Shown here: positions 18,723-27,695 of the stretch, piece after piece
Numbering within the stretch: the first letter of the stretch is position 1
Layout of the letters: the number at the start of each line of letters is the position of its first letter
The notes under the pieces: generated by a model
What the model was told of the DNA's origin: nothing
What the model saw: the letters and a program-made list of their open reading frames with translations, nothing else
Database searches by the model: none
Assembly (NCBI GenBank): GCA_037440985.1
Contig: JBBITB010000001.1
Location: 1 to 43,797 of the forward strand
Length of the DNA stretch: 43,797 nt
Source: Microcoleaceae cyanobacterium bin_387
GTDB taxonomy: Bacteria > Cyanobacteriota > Cyanobacteriia > Cyanobacteriales > Microcoleaceae
Reading direction: 5' to 3'
Position numbers and translations under genes: made by a program

Positions 18723-19181
18723 ATGAAATTAGCAGAAGCCTTAATATTAAGAGCTGATCGTCAAAAACGCGTGGAACAATTACGGCAACGTCTTACCCGC
18801 GCTGCGAGAGTGCAAGAAGGGGAAACACCTCCCGAAAATCCCCAAGAATTAATGGCTGAATTGGATGAAATTATCAATGAAATCACTACTTTAATTAAAC
18901 GGATTAACAAAACTAACGCACATACCCATTTAGCCGATCATCTCACCCTGGCTGATGCTTTAGCTAACAGAGATACACTCTTATTAAAGCGTAATGTTTA
19001 TAATGCTCTAGTGGAGACGGCAGCCTATCGTCAAGATCGTTATAGTCTCTCTGAAATTAAATTTGTTAGTACCGTTAATGTCGCCCTTATTCAAGCCCAA
19101 GTCGATCAAATTTCTCGACAATATCGCGAGTTAGATACTAAAATACAAGAGGCTAACTGGAAAACTGAATTACTTGATTAA
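18723..19181 (+). CDS. Conserved hypothetical helical protein, possibly DIP1984/septicolysin-like family
   Basis: 152 aa. It begins MKLAEALILRADRQKRVEQL. The SD aaggag lies upstream of ATG 18723. The family call is from memory and has low certainty. Confidence 0.45.
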   Translation: MKLAEALILRADRQKRVEQLRQRLTRAARVQEGETPPENPQELMAELDEIINEITTLIKRINKTNAHTHLADHLTLADALANRDTLLLKRNVYNALVETAAYRQDRYSLSEIKFVSTVNVALIQAQVDQISRQYRELDTKIQEANWKTELLD

Positions 19182-19190
19182 TCCTCTCAT

Positions 19191-19286
19191 CTGTAGGTTG
19201 GGTTGAGTCATTTGTAGTCATCTGTAGGTTGGGTTGAGGCACGAAACCCAACATCTTCACTAGGTTAAGTATACCTCAACCCAACT
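19191..19286. repeat. Hairpin repeat family B (taggttgggttgag ... aaacccaac), two adjacent units
   Basis: ctgtaggttgggttgag occurs twice, followed by cacgaaacccaacatcttcac and taggttaagtata...caacccaac. The same units occur at 27493-27520, 30189-30250 and 35915-35946. Confidence 0.6.
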
Positions 19287-19315
19287 TACCAAAAAAGCGT
19301 TGCACATTCGTGGAA

Positions 19316-19650
19316 TGAGCCAGTAGTAGTATTGTGTAGGTGGGCTTTAATTATCCTATTTCTTGTGATAGAATTAGATGAGATGGTTGATTAAACCCAA
19401 CCTCGTTAAGTATTGTGTAGGTGGGGTTTAATTATCCCATTTCTTGGGAGCCTCTCAAGGTTGTAAATTGGCCGTGGGAGCGAGACGCTCTCACTAGAGT
19501 TTTTGGGCTTCTTTGAGAGGCTCCCCATTTCTTCTGATATAATTAGAGAGTGGATTCAATCTAACCTACTTCATTAATCTATAGGTGGGGTTTAATTATC
19601 CCATTTCTTCTAATATAATTAAAGGGTAGATTCAACCAAACCTACTGAAT
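19316..19650. repeat. Nested cluster of MITE-like repeats: three units of family C (taggtgggg/ctttaattatcc(c/t)atttctt ... ataattaga/aag ... gattcaa.c.aacctac) with a family A palindromic element (19446-19526) embedded
   Basis: Near-identical 30-40-bp units start at about 19328, 19407 and 19578. gggagcctctcaa ... ttgagaggctccc at 19446-19526 forms a terminal inverted repeat. Confidence 0.6.
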
Positions 19651-19913
19651 TAAGCCTGAATTGAGCTAGTTGGTAGCCAAGACAATAGAGGCGAGCACGT
19701 CCCCCCAATTGGGTTAAGTTGGAATGCGATTCTCAACAAATCGCCTTCGCCATAAGGGGCTATGGCAAATCTTATCACAAATAATGCCTAGTATTGTCAC
19801 ATCTGTACGGGGTATTGTTACTGTTACTACCTAGTGCTGATCTATTTATTGGTGAGGGTGGGCTTGGGGATTTTAGCTCAATTTTTGTTTAATTATTCAC
19901 TCCAATACTTTCT

Positions 19914-20813
19914 CTATTTTGATGGTAAGGTTTCGGGGAGTTTTACGGGTTCATGATTCCCATATTTTTTATACAGTATGATATAATCTCCTTTCGCGAT
20001 CACTTGGCTTAATCCTTTATTAATTTCCTCAACAGTTTTTGAATCTTTTGGGAACGCGATCGCGTAATATTTATCCGTTGGTATTTCCGCGACTATCTTA
20101 ATTCCTGTCAAACCTTTACCCATTGCGAATAATAGCATGGGAGTCTCATTAAGAATGGCATCTACTTTCCCCTGAGACAAGGCTTCTAAGACTTCTTTAT
20201 TTGTCGGAAATGTTTTCACTTTAACATTGGGGAGATTTTTGGCGATTTCCGCGGCAAGTGTACCATTTTCTACCCCAAGTGTCTTTCCTTTGAGCGTTTC
20301 TATATTTTCGATCGTCTTATTTTTTTCGGAAACTGCGAGGGCGAACTTTATGTGAAAATAGGGACGAGAAAATGTGACAATTTTCTGCCGCTCAGGAGTA
20401 ACAGTAATAACACTAATAACCCCATTAATTTTTCCCGTTTGTAAAGAAGGTAAGAGACTATCAACGGGTAACTTTTGATACTCCACCTTATAACCCGATT
20501 CCGACGCGATCGCGTCCATTACATCAATATCAAACCCCTTAAGTTTACCACTTTTGCCATAATAAGTAAAAGGAGGTAAATCCCCAGAGGTTCCTATTTT
20601 TAGAGGTTTGAGGGACGTGGGAGGAGTGGAAATCTTAGGAGAAGTCACACTGGGAGAAACAGAAGGTTTTTCCGGTTTCTGACTCTCACAAGCCACCAGA
20701 AGCAAACAAGCACCGAAACCTAAAGCAACATGACGTAAAAAGCGCGATCGCGTAAACAAAGCCATCGGAGTTAAAAATAAATGTTCATTTTTCATGTTAA
20801 CATGAATCATCAA
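19914..20813 (-). CDS. Periplasmic substrate-binding lipoprotein of a polar amino-acid ABC transporter (SBP_bac_3 family)
   Basis: Family-3 SBP motifs: KIGTSGDLPPFTY, GFDIDV, TVTPERQKIVTFSRPY, VDAILNE. A lipobox-like LLLVAC is present. The real start is probably the internal Met (MALFTRS...). Confidence 0.8.
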   Translation of the reverse strand: MMIHVNMKNEHLFLTPMALFTRSRFLRHVALGFGACLLLVACESQKPEKPSVSPSVTSPKISTPPTSLKPLKIGTSGDLPPFTYYGKSGKLKGFDIDVMDAIASESGYKVEYQKLPVDSLLPSLQTGKINGVISVITVTPERQKIVTFSRPYFHIKFALAVSEKNKTIENIETLKGKTLGVENGTLAAEIAKNLPNVKVKTFPTNKEVLEALSQGKVDAILNETPMLLFAMGKGLTGIKIVAEIPTDKYYAIAFPKDSKTVEEINKGLSQVIAKGDYIILYKKYGNHEPVKLPETLPSK

Positions 20814-20939
20814 GTCAGATACTCACCAGGAACAAAAAAACAAGAAAAATCTTAATCCCATATTTTTCTTGTTGTCTTTGTCCCTTGGTGGCGACACAGA
20901 AAAACAGAGTGAAACAGTCACATAAAGGAGGGATAAAAA

Positions 20940-21110
20940 ATGACAATTCCTATTGAATGGACACCGGAAGCCGAAAATAAACTCAAAGAAATTCCTTTTT
21001 TTGTTCGTCCCGGTGCGCGTAAGAAAATAGAAAAATATGCCCAAGAGTTAGGCATTACTAAAATAACCGTTGAATTGTACGATCAAGCCAAACAAAAATT
21101 TGGTTCTTAA
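20940..21110 (+). CDS. Small (56 aa) PCP_red-domain protein (homologous to the protochlorophyllide reductase 57 kD subunit C-terminal domain)
   Basis: It translates to MTIPIEWTPEAENKLKEIPFFVRPGARKKIEKYAQELGITKITVELYDQAKQKFGS. A perfect SD aaggaggg lies 8 nt upstream. The ORF track missed it because it is under 60 aa, and the track reports an antisense ORF at 20823-21044 in its place. Confidence 0.6.
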   Translation: MTIPIEWTPEAENKLKEIPFFVRPGARKKIEKYAQELGITKITVELYDQAKQKFGS

Positions 21111-21164
21111 TAAACTTTTTCAACATGAAGTTAAATAATACAGCACTTTTCGATATTATGAGGT

Positions 21165-21245
21165 ACGTTAGATCCCCCCTAGCCCCCCTTCCCAAGGGGG
21201 GGACAAAGTCCCCCTTCGATCGGGGGATTTAGGGGGATCAAGATG
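21165..21245. repeat. C/G-tract repeat family D (ccccccctagccccccc...gggggggacaaagtcccccttcgatcgggggatttagggggatc)
   Basis: Shares cccccctagcc and alternating C7/G7 tracts with 36343-36400 and 56-88. Confidence 0.55.
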
Positions 21246-21348
21246 TACTGCATAGCAGAGGAAACTGCTGTAACTCACTAATTGATTAACTTTTTTCTCA
21301 ATTAGTGAGTTATTTTAACCAGTTATAGACAAACCTTAATAAATTTTT

Positions 21349-21460
21349 CTAGGGAGCCTCTCAAAGAAGCCAAAAAAACTGTAGTGGGTTGGGGTAGCCT
21401 GTGGGGAACATCAGAGCGGCTCCCTATTAGATCCCGCCGGGAGCCGCTCTCACTACCAAT
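21349..21460. repeat. Dispersed intergenic repeat, family A copy
   Basis: gggagcctctcaaagaagccaaaaaaactg and ggtagcctgtggggaacatcagagc match 3296-3380. gggagccgctctcac is also present. Confidence 0.6.
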
Positions 21461-21512
21461 TTATAAAAATAAGATCCTCTCTTTTTCTAGGCTCAATCAG
21501 ACCAAGAAAATT

Positions 21513-22661
21513 TTATTTAACTAGCTTTACTGGTATAATTTCTGTAGGAATTTCTATGGTAAAAATAGAACCATTCGGCTTATTAGCATCTACGGAAATT
21601 TTTCCCCCATGAGCTTCAACCGCCATTTGACAAAAAGCTAATCCTAGTCCCGTCTGAGAAACGCCACTGATGATATTTCCTATTTCATACTTTTCAAATA
21701 TTTTTTGTTTTACTTCTTCACTGATACCCCGTCCCTGATCCTTGACTTGAATTTTTATTGTTGATGAAGAAGTATATTCAATAATAAATGTAACTTGACT
21801 ATTTTCGGGTGAGAATTTAAACGCGTTAGAAAGTAAATTATCCATCACACGCCGCAATAAGATTTCATCGATCCGAACCGCGTAATTAGGTTCCGGTAAA
21901 TTCGTCACAAAATCAATTTTTTTCTGTATCGCGATCGCGTGAAAATCTTGCCTAACTGCATTACTCAATAGAGAAAGATCAACCTCAGTTAGATTAAGTA
22001 AAAATTTACCCGCTTCTAATTTTGCCATCATCAAAAGACTATCAATCAAAGATTGTAAACGATTGGCAGATTGAGAGATTGTTTGCAGCTTGTTAAGCTG
22101 TTTTTCTTCCAAATTAGTCCGTTTCAACATTTCGGAAGACATCATAATAACTGTGAGAGGATTACGCAAATCATGGACAACCATATTAGACATATCTTGA
22201 CGCAATTGTAGGGACACTGCTTGTTTTTCTAATAAAGCTTCTTTTTCCTTTACCAGAGACTCCAGGGCATCATGTTGTTGCTTAATTCGTAACATAGAGC
22301 GCACCCGTGCCCGCAATTCCACGGGACTAACAGGTTTACTAATAAAATCATCAGCCCCCGTGTTTAAAGCACGAGCTAAATCTTCTTTACTATTAAGATC
22401 CGTCACCATAACAATCGGAATATAACACCAAATGGGATGGGCTTTAATCTGACGACAAACCTCTATTCCATCCATTTCTGGCATCATTACATCAAGTAAA
22501 ATTACATCCGGTTGAGATGTCTCTAAAAAGACGAGGGCTTCTTCACCACTGGTAGCATAATTTAACTCATAACCCTCTGTAAAAAGGATAAATTCGATCA
22601 CATCAAAATTATTTTGTTCATCATCTACGACTAAGACTGAATGATTGCTATCTTTTCTCAT
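21513..22661 (-). CDS. Response-regulator / histidine-kinase fusion (REC, HisKA, HATPase_c), paralogous in architecture to 3621-4925
   Basis: The REC has VLVVDDE...LLDVMMPEMDG...SKP. The H-box is VVHDLRNPLTVI. ATP-binding motifs are NAFKFS, DQGRGI, GLGLAF. The ORF track starts at GTG 22670. The first ATG at 22661 overlaps the upstream kinase's stop by 14 nt. Confidence 0.85.
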   Translation of the reverse strand: MRKDSNHSVLVVDDEQNNFDVIEFILFTEGYELNYATSGEEALVFLETSQPDVILLDVMMPEMDGIEVCRQIKAHPIWCYIPIVMVTDLNSKEDLARALNTGADDFISKPVSPVELRARVRSMLRIKQQHDALESLVKEKEALLEKQAVSLQLRQDMSNMVVHDLRNPLTVIMMSSEMLKRTNLEEKQLNKLQTISQSANRLQSLIDSLLMMAKLEAGKFLLNLTEVDLSLLSNAVRQDFHAIAIQKKIDFVTNLPEPNYAVRIDEILLRRVMDNLLSNAFKFSPENSQVTFIIEYTSSSTIKIQVKDQGRGISEEVKQKIFEKYEIGNIISGVSQTGLGLAFCQMAVEAHGGKISVDANKPNGSIFTIEIPTEIIPVKLVK

Positions 22662-25600
22662 TAATTTCACTCCTATTTAATAAGTGCTGTATTAAATTCA
22701 ACAAAATTTTCCCGCGAACAGGTTTAGTTAAATATTCATTAGCCCCCGCGTCTAAACACTTTTCGCGATCGTCGGACATTGCTAATGCCGTCAAGGCAAT
22801 AATGGGAACATGGGATAACGCCGGATCTTCGCGAATTGTACGGATCGCGGTTAATCCATCCATTTTGGGCATTAAAATATCCATCAGAATTAACTGAGGT
22901 TTTTGGCTTTTCGCTAATTCCACAGCCTCTAACCCATTTTTAGCTAAGATAAATTGATATCCATGATTGAGAAAATAAGCCATGAGAGTATCAATATTCT
23001 CGTCATTATCTTCTGCGATAAGAATCTTGGGTGCAGAGGGATGGGATACTGATTCTGGAACTAAAACTAAGTCGATCGCGGGAGTCTTTTCGTCACACCA
23101 GATCTGGTTGAGAGCCCGTTTAAACTCTTCACGCGAAAAAGGTTTAACCAGATACTCACGAGCGCCCTGAGACAATCCCATTGCTCGTTCATCGACTACA
23201 GATACAATCAAGACAGGGATATCTTTAGTTTGAGGATTAGCCTGAAATTGGGCAAGAATCTCCCAACCAGAAATAGAGGGAAGTTCAATATCAAGAATGA
23301 TCAGAGAAGGTGAAAGCTCTAATGCAAACTCCAAAGCGCGATCGCCCACCGGATAAATTATCCCTTGCATCCCCAATTCATAGAGATAACGAGTGATTTG
23401 TTCCGCGGCACTACTAGAGTCCTCAATCACCAAAACTTGAGAATTTTCCAAGGGATATTGACAATGAGATGCCAGAGATAAATTAACGGGTGTTGGATGT
23501 GGAATCGCTCTTTTCAAAGGCAAGATCACCGTAAAACAACTACCTTTACCCACCTCACTCTCCAGACTAACACTACCATCATGTAATTCGGCAATGCGAC
23601 GCACTAAAGCTAATCCTAAACCTGTCCCAGAATAGTTTCGAGTCAAGCTGCTGTCAACTTGGACAAACGCTTGAAACAATTTACCGATATCATCAGGGGC
23701 AATACCAATTCCCGTATCTTTAACGCGGAAACTAATGGTTTTGGCTAGCTTGTCTGCTTCCACTTCCAGCATCACCCGCCCCCCATGAGGAGTGAATTTA
23801 ACCGCGTTATTGAGCAAGTTGAGCAATACCTGACGCATTCTGCGCTCATCAACAATCACCTCACCAATTTCCTTCGGCACGTTAGATTTAATTTGGATAT
23901 TTTTTTGATTTGCCTGCTGTTTGACAAAGGTGAGACTACTATCACAAAGATGGGACACTGAAACGGATTGTAATTCCAATTCCACTTTACCAGATTCTAT
24001 CTTCGATAGATCAAGAATATCGTTAATTAATTCCAATAAATGACGACCACTTTTTTCGATCGTTGTCAGGGCTTTTTTCTGTCTATCTGTCAGAGGCGCG
24101 TAAACTTCTTCGAGTAAAACTTCTGACATTCCCAAAATGGCATTGAGAGGCGTTCGTAATTCGTGACTCATATTCGCGAGAAACTCATCCTTAAGACGGG
24201 TGGCACGGGCAAGTTGCGCGTTAGTGAGGAGCAATTGTTCATTCGTGTCGCGTAAAGCCGCGGTACGTTGTTCGACTCGGACTTCTAATTCAGAGTTTAA
24301 TTGTTGTAAAGCCTCCTGAGCCTGTTTGCGCTCTGTAATGTCTCGCAAAATCACTGTAAATATAACTTCTTCCCCTATTTCCAGTTTAGAAATAGAAGCT
24401 TCGGAGGGAAATTCTTTACCATCTTTACGAAGCCCCAGAACTTCACGGTTTTCTCCCATATAACGAGTGCTTCCATAAACATCCCCAAAGTTACGGATGT
24501 GTTGTTTATGGGCAGCAAGAAATCGTTGAGGTAAGAGCATATCAAGGGGTTTACCCAAAATTTCCCCACTGCGATAACCAAATATTTTTTCTGCACCTTG
24601 GTTAAATAGAATTATTCGTTGCTGTTCATCAACGGAAATAATCGCGTCTTTTGCTATTTCTAGTATCCCCGCAAAACGCGCTTGGGAAATTCGTAAAGCT
24701 TCTTCCGCGTATATCCTATCTGTGACATCTTCCGCGACACCACAAATCCGATAAACTTTTCCGGTTTGATCAATGATAGGAACACTACTATCATAAATCC
24801 AACGAATAGAGCCATCAGGCCTAATGATCCGATATTCCTGTTGAGTTACTTCTCCTTGCATTTGACGTTGAAGGGCGGCAAAGACACCCTCTTGATCTTC
24901 TGGATGAATGGAGTTTATAAAAGATTTTGGCTGTTGATAGACACTCTGACAGGTACGTTGCCAGATCCTTTCGTACCCCGGACTAACGTAGAGCATTTCA
25001 AAGGGTTCAACATGGGATAAATAGAATACTTCATGGATATTTTCGGCTAATTGGCGGAAGCGTTCTTCACTTTCTCGGAGCGCGGTTTCGGCTTGTGAAC
25101 GTTCGATCTTAGCCCGGATAGAAAAAATACCATAACTGAGATTATCCGCGAGTTCTTTTAATAGTTCGATTTCTTCCCTTTGAAAAGTATTGCATTCTTC
25201 CGCGTAAATATTAAGGGATGCAAAAGCTTTTCCTAAATGATCTTTTAAAGCTATGGAAATCATGGATTGATAACCCCGTTTTCTGGCTTCTTCTCGCCAT
25301 AGTAAAAAATTGGTATCTGTTTCGATATTTGTGATAATGTAGGGTTTTCCAGTGCGAATTGCTGTACCACAGGGGCCTTGTCCTCTTTCTGTATCAGCCC
25401 AAGTAAGATCTAGGGATTCTAAATAGCCATCTTCATAACCAAACTGGGCAAATACTTTGACCCTTTTGTTTTCATCTTCTTCGCGATAACCTACCCAAGC
25501 TAAACGATAACCTCCGACTTCTACAATTAGCTGACAAATGGTTTGAAGGAGGGTTTTTTCTTCTTTACTATGCACCAGAGCATCGTTACACAGACTTATC

Positions 25601-27201
25601 ATCCGTAGTGATCGATTGCTTTTCTGTAATTGTTTTTGGGTGAGTTGGTGTTGTTCGAGTTCTCGTTGAGATTTTTCATAGGCTTCAACTTGTTGAATGT
25701 GAATCGCGATTTGGACTGATAATTTATCTAGTAAATCTAATTCGGAGGGATGCCATTGACGAGGTGCTTCACATTGATGGGCAATTAGTAACCCCCAAAG
25801 TTCTTCTTTAACGATAATTGGTACTACTAAATTGGCTTGAACTTGAAATTTCTCTAATAATTGAATATGACACTGGCTCATGCCGGAATTATGGATATCA
25901 GAAGTGGCTTTTTTACACTCAAAAAAATTGTGTGTTTTCTGATATTTTTCTAAACAGATATCTTTGATTTGTGATCCCAATGCTTTTTTCCATCCTTCTC
26001 TTACTGATTCCGCGATAATACTGCCATTTTTATCGAGAGAGTCGAATTGATAGACTAAAACGCGATCGCATTTTAAAAATGCTCTCACTTCTGTTACAAT
26101 TGTATTAAGAGTTTCTTCTCTTTGGAGGGAGGAGCGAATCCGTGACGCGATCGCGCTTAAAAGTTCTTCCCGTTCGGCTTGGCTTTTCAGTTCGGCTGTA
26201 CGTTTTTTGACCTGTTCTCCGAGGTGTTTTTTTTGACTGTTCAACAAAGCAAATTTATCCTTTTCTAATTGCTTAACTTGAGATTGTAAAATCTCGATAC
26301 TTTGATACATTTCTCGGGGTGCTATAACTTGTAATAAACTGGTTTGAGTAACAATACCAACTAATTCTCCCCTATTATTTGTTACTACTAATCGTTGTAT
26401 CCGTCGCTTTTGCATTTGTTGATGGGCAACCCAGAGACTTGTTTCTGAATGCAAAGAAAATAGGGGATAACTCATTACAGTAGTCGCGTCAGTTGCTTTC
26501 ATATTGACGTGGAGAGCTTGCAATTGTACAATGTCTTTTTCTGTAATAATCCCGACAGGATTTAAGGGGGAATTTTCTTCGACAATGACGATACAACTGA
26601 CTCGATATTGTGTCATTAATTGGACTATTTCGAGGACTGTCGCGTTGCCGGGTGCATGAATCACTTGGGCATTCATCACTTCTGACACTTGCCGGCATTT
26701 GAGTAAATCTACTAATTCTAGGGTTTGACGGATACTCTGTGGGGTGACAATTCCAATGGGATGATTAAGCTCATCGACAATGGGTAAATGGCGAATTTTA
26801 TATTGGCGTAATAGGTTGAGCGGGGCAAAGATTTCGGTAAAATCTGTGAGTTTGAGGGTGAGCACTGGAGATGTCATTACTTCGCCTACCGTCACAGCCG
26901 TGAGGTTTTTTCCCTGGGCTGCTAATTTGACGATATCTCTTTGTGTGACAATGCCTAAGATTTCCTCCCCTCCCATGACAAAAACACAGCCTGCTGACTC
27001 TTCTGATATTTGGTAGTAGGGATTTATGGCACTGAGTAATGAGTCTTGGGTAATCAATGATAGCTCACAGGTATTTACCCTGGCTTGACTGATTAAAATG
27101 ATCACTTCTGTTAATGCTATGTCAGGAGTGACAAGGGGCGGCAGAGGCGCGATCGCGTGTTTGGGATCAAATCCCCCAGCAGTTTGAGAAATCTTTTCCA
27201 T
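22648..27201 (-). CDS. Giant (1517 aa) multi-sensor hybrid histidine kinase: 4 CBS, GAF, 3 PAS, HisKA, HATPase_c, REC, REC
   Basis: CBS motifs are GIVTQRDIV, IGIVTPQSI, GIITEKDIV, GIVTQTSLL. A GAF-like region (LVYQFD...) is followed by PAS units containing a DVTDR(I/K)... element. The H-box is NMSHELRTPLNAILG. HATPase motifs are NNAVKFT, DTGIGI, GTGLGL. Two C-terminal REC domains follow (VLVIEDS...DIELPSISG; ILIAEDN...DILMPKMDG...LTKP). Confidence 0.9.
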   Translation of the reverse strand: MEKISQTAGGFDPKHAIAPLPPLVTPDIALTEVIILISQARVNTCELSLITQDSLLSAINPYYQISEESAGCVFVMGGEEILGIVTQRDIVKLAAQGKNLTAVTVGEVMTSPVLTLKLTDFTEIFAPLNLLRQYKIRHLPIVDELNHPIGIVTPQSIRQTLELVDLLKCRQVSEVMNAQVIHAPGNATVLEIVQLMTQYRVSCIVIVEENSPLNPVGIITEKDIVQLQALHVNMKATDATTVMSYPLFSLHSETSLWVAHQQMQKRRIQRLVVTNNRGELVGIVTQTSLLQVIAPREMYQSIEILQSQVKQLEKDKFALLNSQKKHLGEQVKKRTAELKSQAEREELLSAIASRIRSSLQREETLNTIVTEVRAFLKCDRVLVYQFDSLDKNGSIIAESVREGWKKALGSQIKDICLEKYQKTHNFFECKKATSDIHNSGMSQCHIQLLEKFQVQANLVVPIIVKEELWGLLIAHQCEAPRQWHPSELDLLDKLSVQIAIHIQQVEAYEKSQRELEQHQLTQKQLQKSNRSLRMISLCNDALVHSKEEKTLLQTICQLIVEVGGYRLAWVGYREEDENKRVKVFAQFGYEDGYLESLDLTWADTERGQGPCGTAIRTGKPYIITNIETDTNFLLWREEARKRGYQSMISIALKDHLGKAFASLNIYAEECNTFQREEIELLKELADNLSYGIFSIRAKIERSQAETALRESEERFRQLAENIHEVFYLSHVEPFEMLYVSPGYERIWQRTCQSVYQQPKSFINSIHPEDQEGVFAALQRQMQGEVTQQEYRIIRPDGSIRWIYDSSVPIIDQTGKVYRICGVAEDVTDRIYAEEALRISQARFAGILEIAKDAIISVDEQQRIILFNQGAEKIFGYRSGEILGKPLDMLLPQRFLAAHKQHIRNFGDVYGSTRYMGENREVLGLRKDGKEFPSEASISKLEIGEEVIFTVILRDITERKQAQEALQQLNSELEVRVEQRTAALRDTNEQLLLTNAQLARATRLKDEFLANMSHELRTPLNAILGMSEVLLEEVYAPLTDRQKKALTTIEKSGRHLLELINDILDLSKIESGKVELELQSVSVSHLCDSSLTFVKQQANQKNIQIKSNVPKEIGEVIVDERRMRQVLLNLLNNAVKFTPHGGRVMLEVEADKLAKTISFRVKDTGIGIAPDDIGKLFQAFVQVDSSLTRNYSGTGLGLALVRRIAELHDGSVSLESEVGKGSCFTVILPLKRAIPHPTPVNLSLASHCQYPLENSQVLVIEDSSSAAEQITRYLYELGMQGIIYPVGDRALEFALELSPSLIILDIELPSISGWEILAQFQANPQTKDIPVLIVSVVDERAMGLSQGAREYLVKPFSREEFKRALNQIWCDEKTPAIDLVLVPESVSHPSAPKILIAEDNDENIDTLMAYFLNHGYQFILAKNGLEAVELAKSQKPQLILMDILMPKMDGLTAIRTIREDPALSHVPIIALTALAMSDDREKCLDAGANEYLTKPVRGKILLNLIQHLLNRSEINEKR

Positions 27202-27330
27202 ATTTATCTTCAGACTATATAATAAGATTTTTTTTTATGGCATTCTTCTTAACTATTATAAATTCGATTAGTATGAATTGGCAATTTTTTGGGTAAATCC
27301 TGAAATATTGAAGACTTGATCGAGGGTTTG

Positions 27331-27391
27331 TTCGGTTAACACTTACGTTTGTCAATCTATTAATTAAGATATTTCGGTTAACACTTACGTT
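27331..27391 (+). promoter_or_regulatory. Two exact copies of ttcggttaacacttacgtt spaced 42 bp apart, 130-190 bp upstream of the giant kinase gene. Candidate operator or tandem transcription-factor sites.
   Basis: The exact 19-mer occurs at 27331-27349 and 27373-27391. Each contains the palindrome gttaac. A chance 19-mer repeat in 44 kb is not expected. Confidence 0.35.
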
Positions 27392-27597
27392 GATATTGTT
27401 ATTGCAAATAAAAATGAGACGCGTTAAATCTAGCTTCTTATTACTGTGACTGTTTTTTTCATTTCTCAATATACGTTGAAATGACTATCATTCGTAGGTT
27501 GGGTTGAGCGTAGCGAAACCCAACCTATCGGGACTTAGACAAAAAACTAGGGAAAAAAGGGCACAAAGCCTTTTTTCGTATTTTTCCTACAAAAAAT

Positions 27598-27660
27598 CTG
27601 TAGGGACACGGCAGTGCCGTGTCCCTACCTTTAAGGCACTGCCGTGTCCCTACTTTAAGG
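27598..27660. repeat. Tandem palindromic units (gggacacggcagtgccgtgtccctac ... ggcactgccgtgtccctac), related to cacggcagtgccgtg in the 3281-3437 repeat
   Basis: This perfect palindrome core, cacggcagtgccgtg, appears here twice and once at 3326-3344. Family-B hairpin 27493-27520 lies just upstream. Confidence 0.55.
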
Positions 27661-27695
27661 TATTATATAACCTGTCTTACTCTAATTTATTTCTT

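Noticed and set aside
19183-19650. Possible CRISPR array
   Set aside because: The repeated units belong to several different families. Unit lengths and spacings are irregular. No cas genes are nearby, and copies of the same units are dispersed elsewhere in the window.
20823-21044. 73-aa minus-strand ORF
   Set aside because: The opposite strand encodes a PCP_red-domain protein with a perfect SD. The minus ORF translation is low-complexity.
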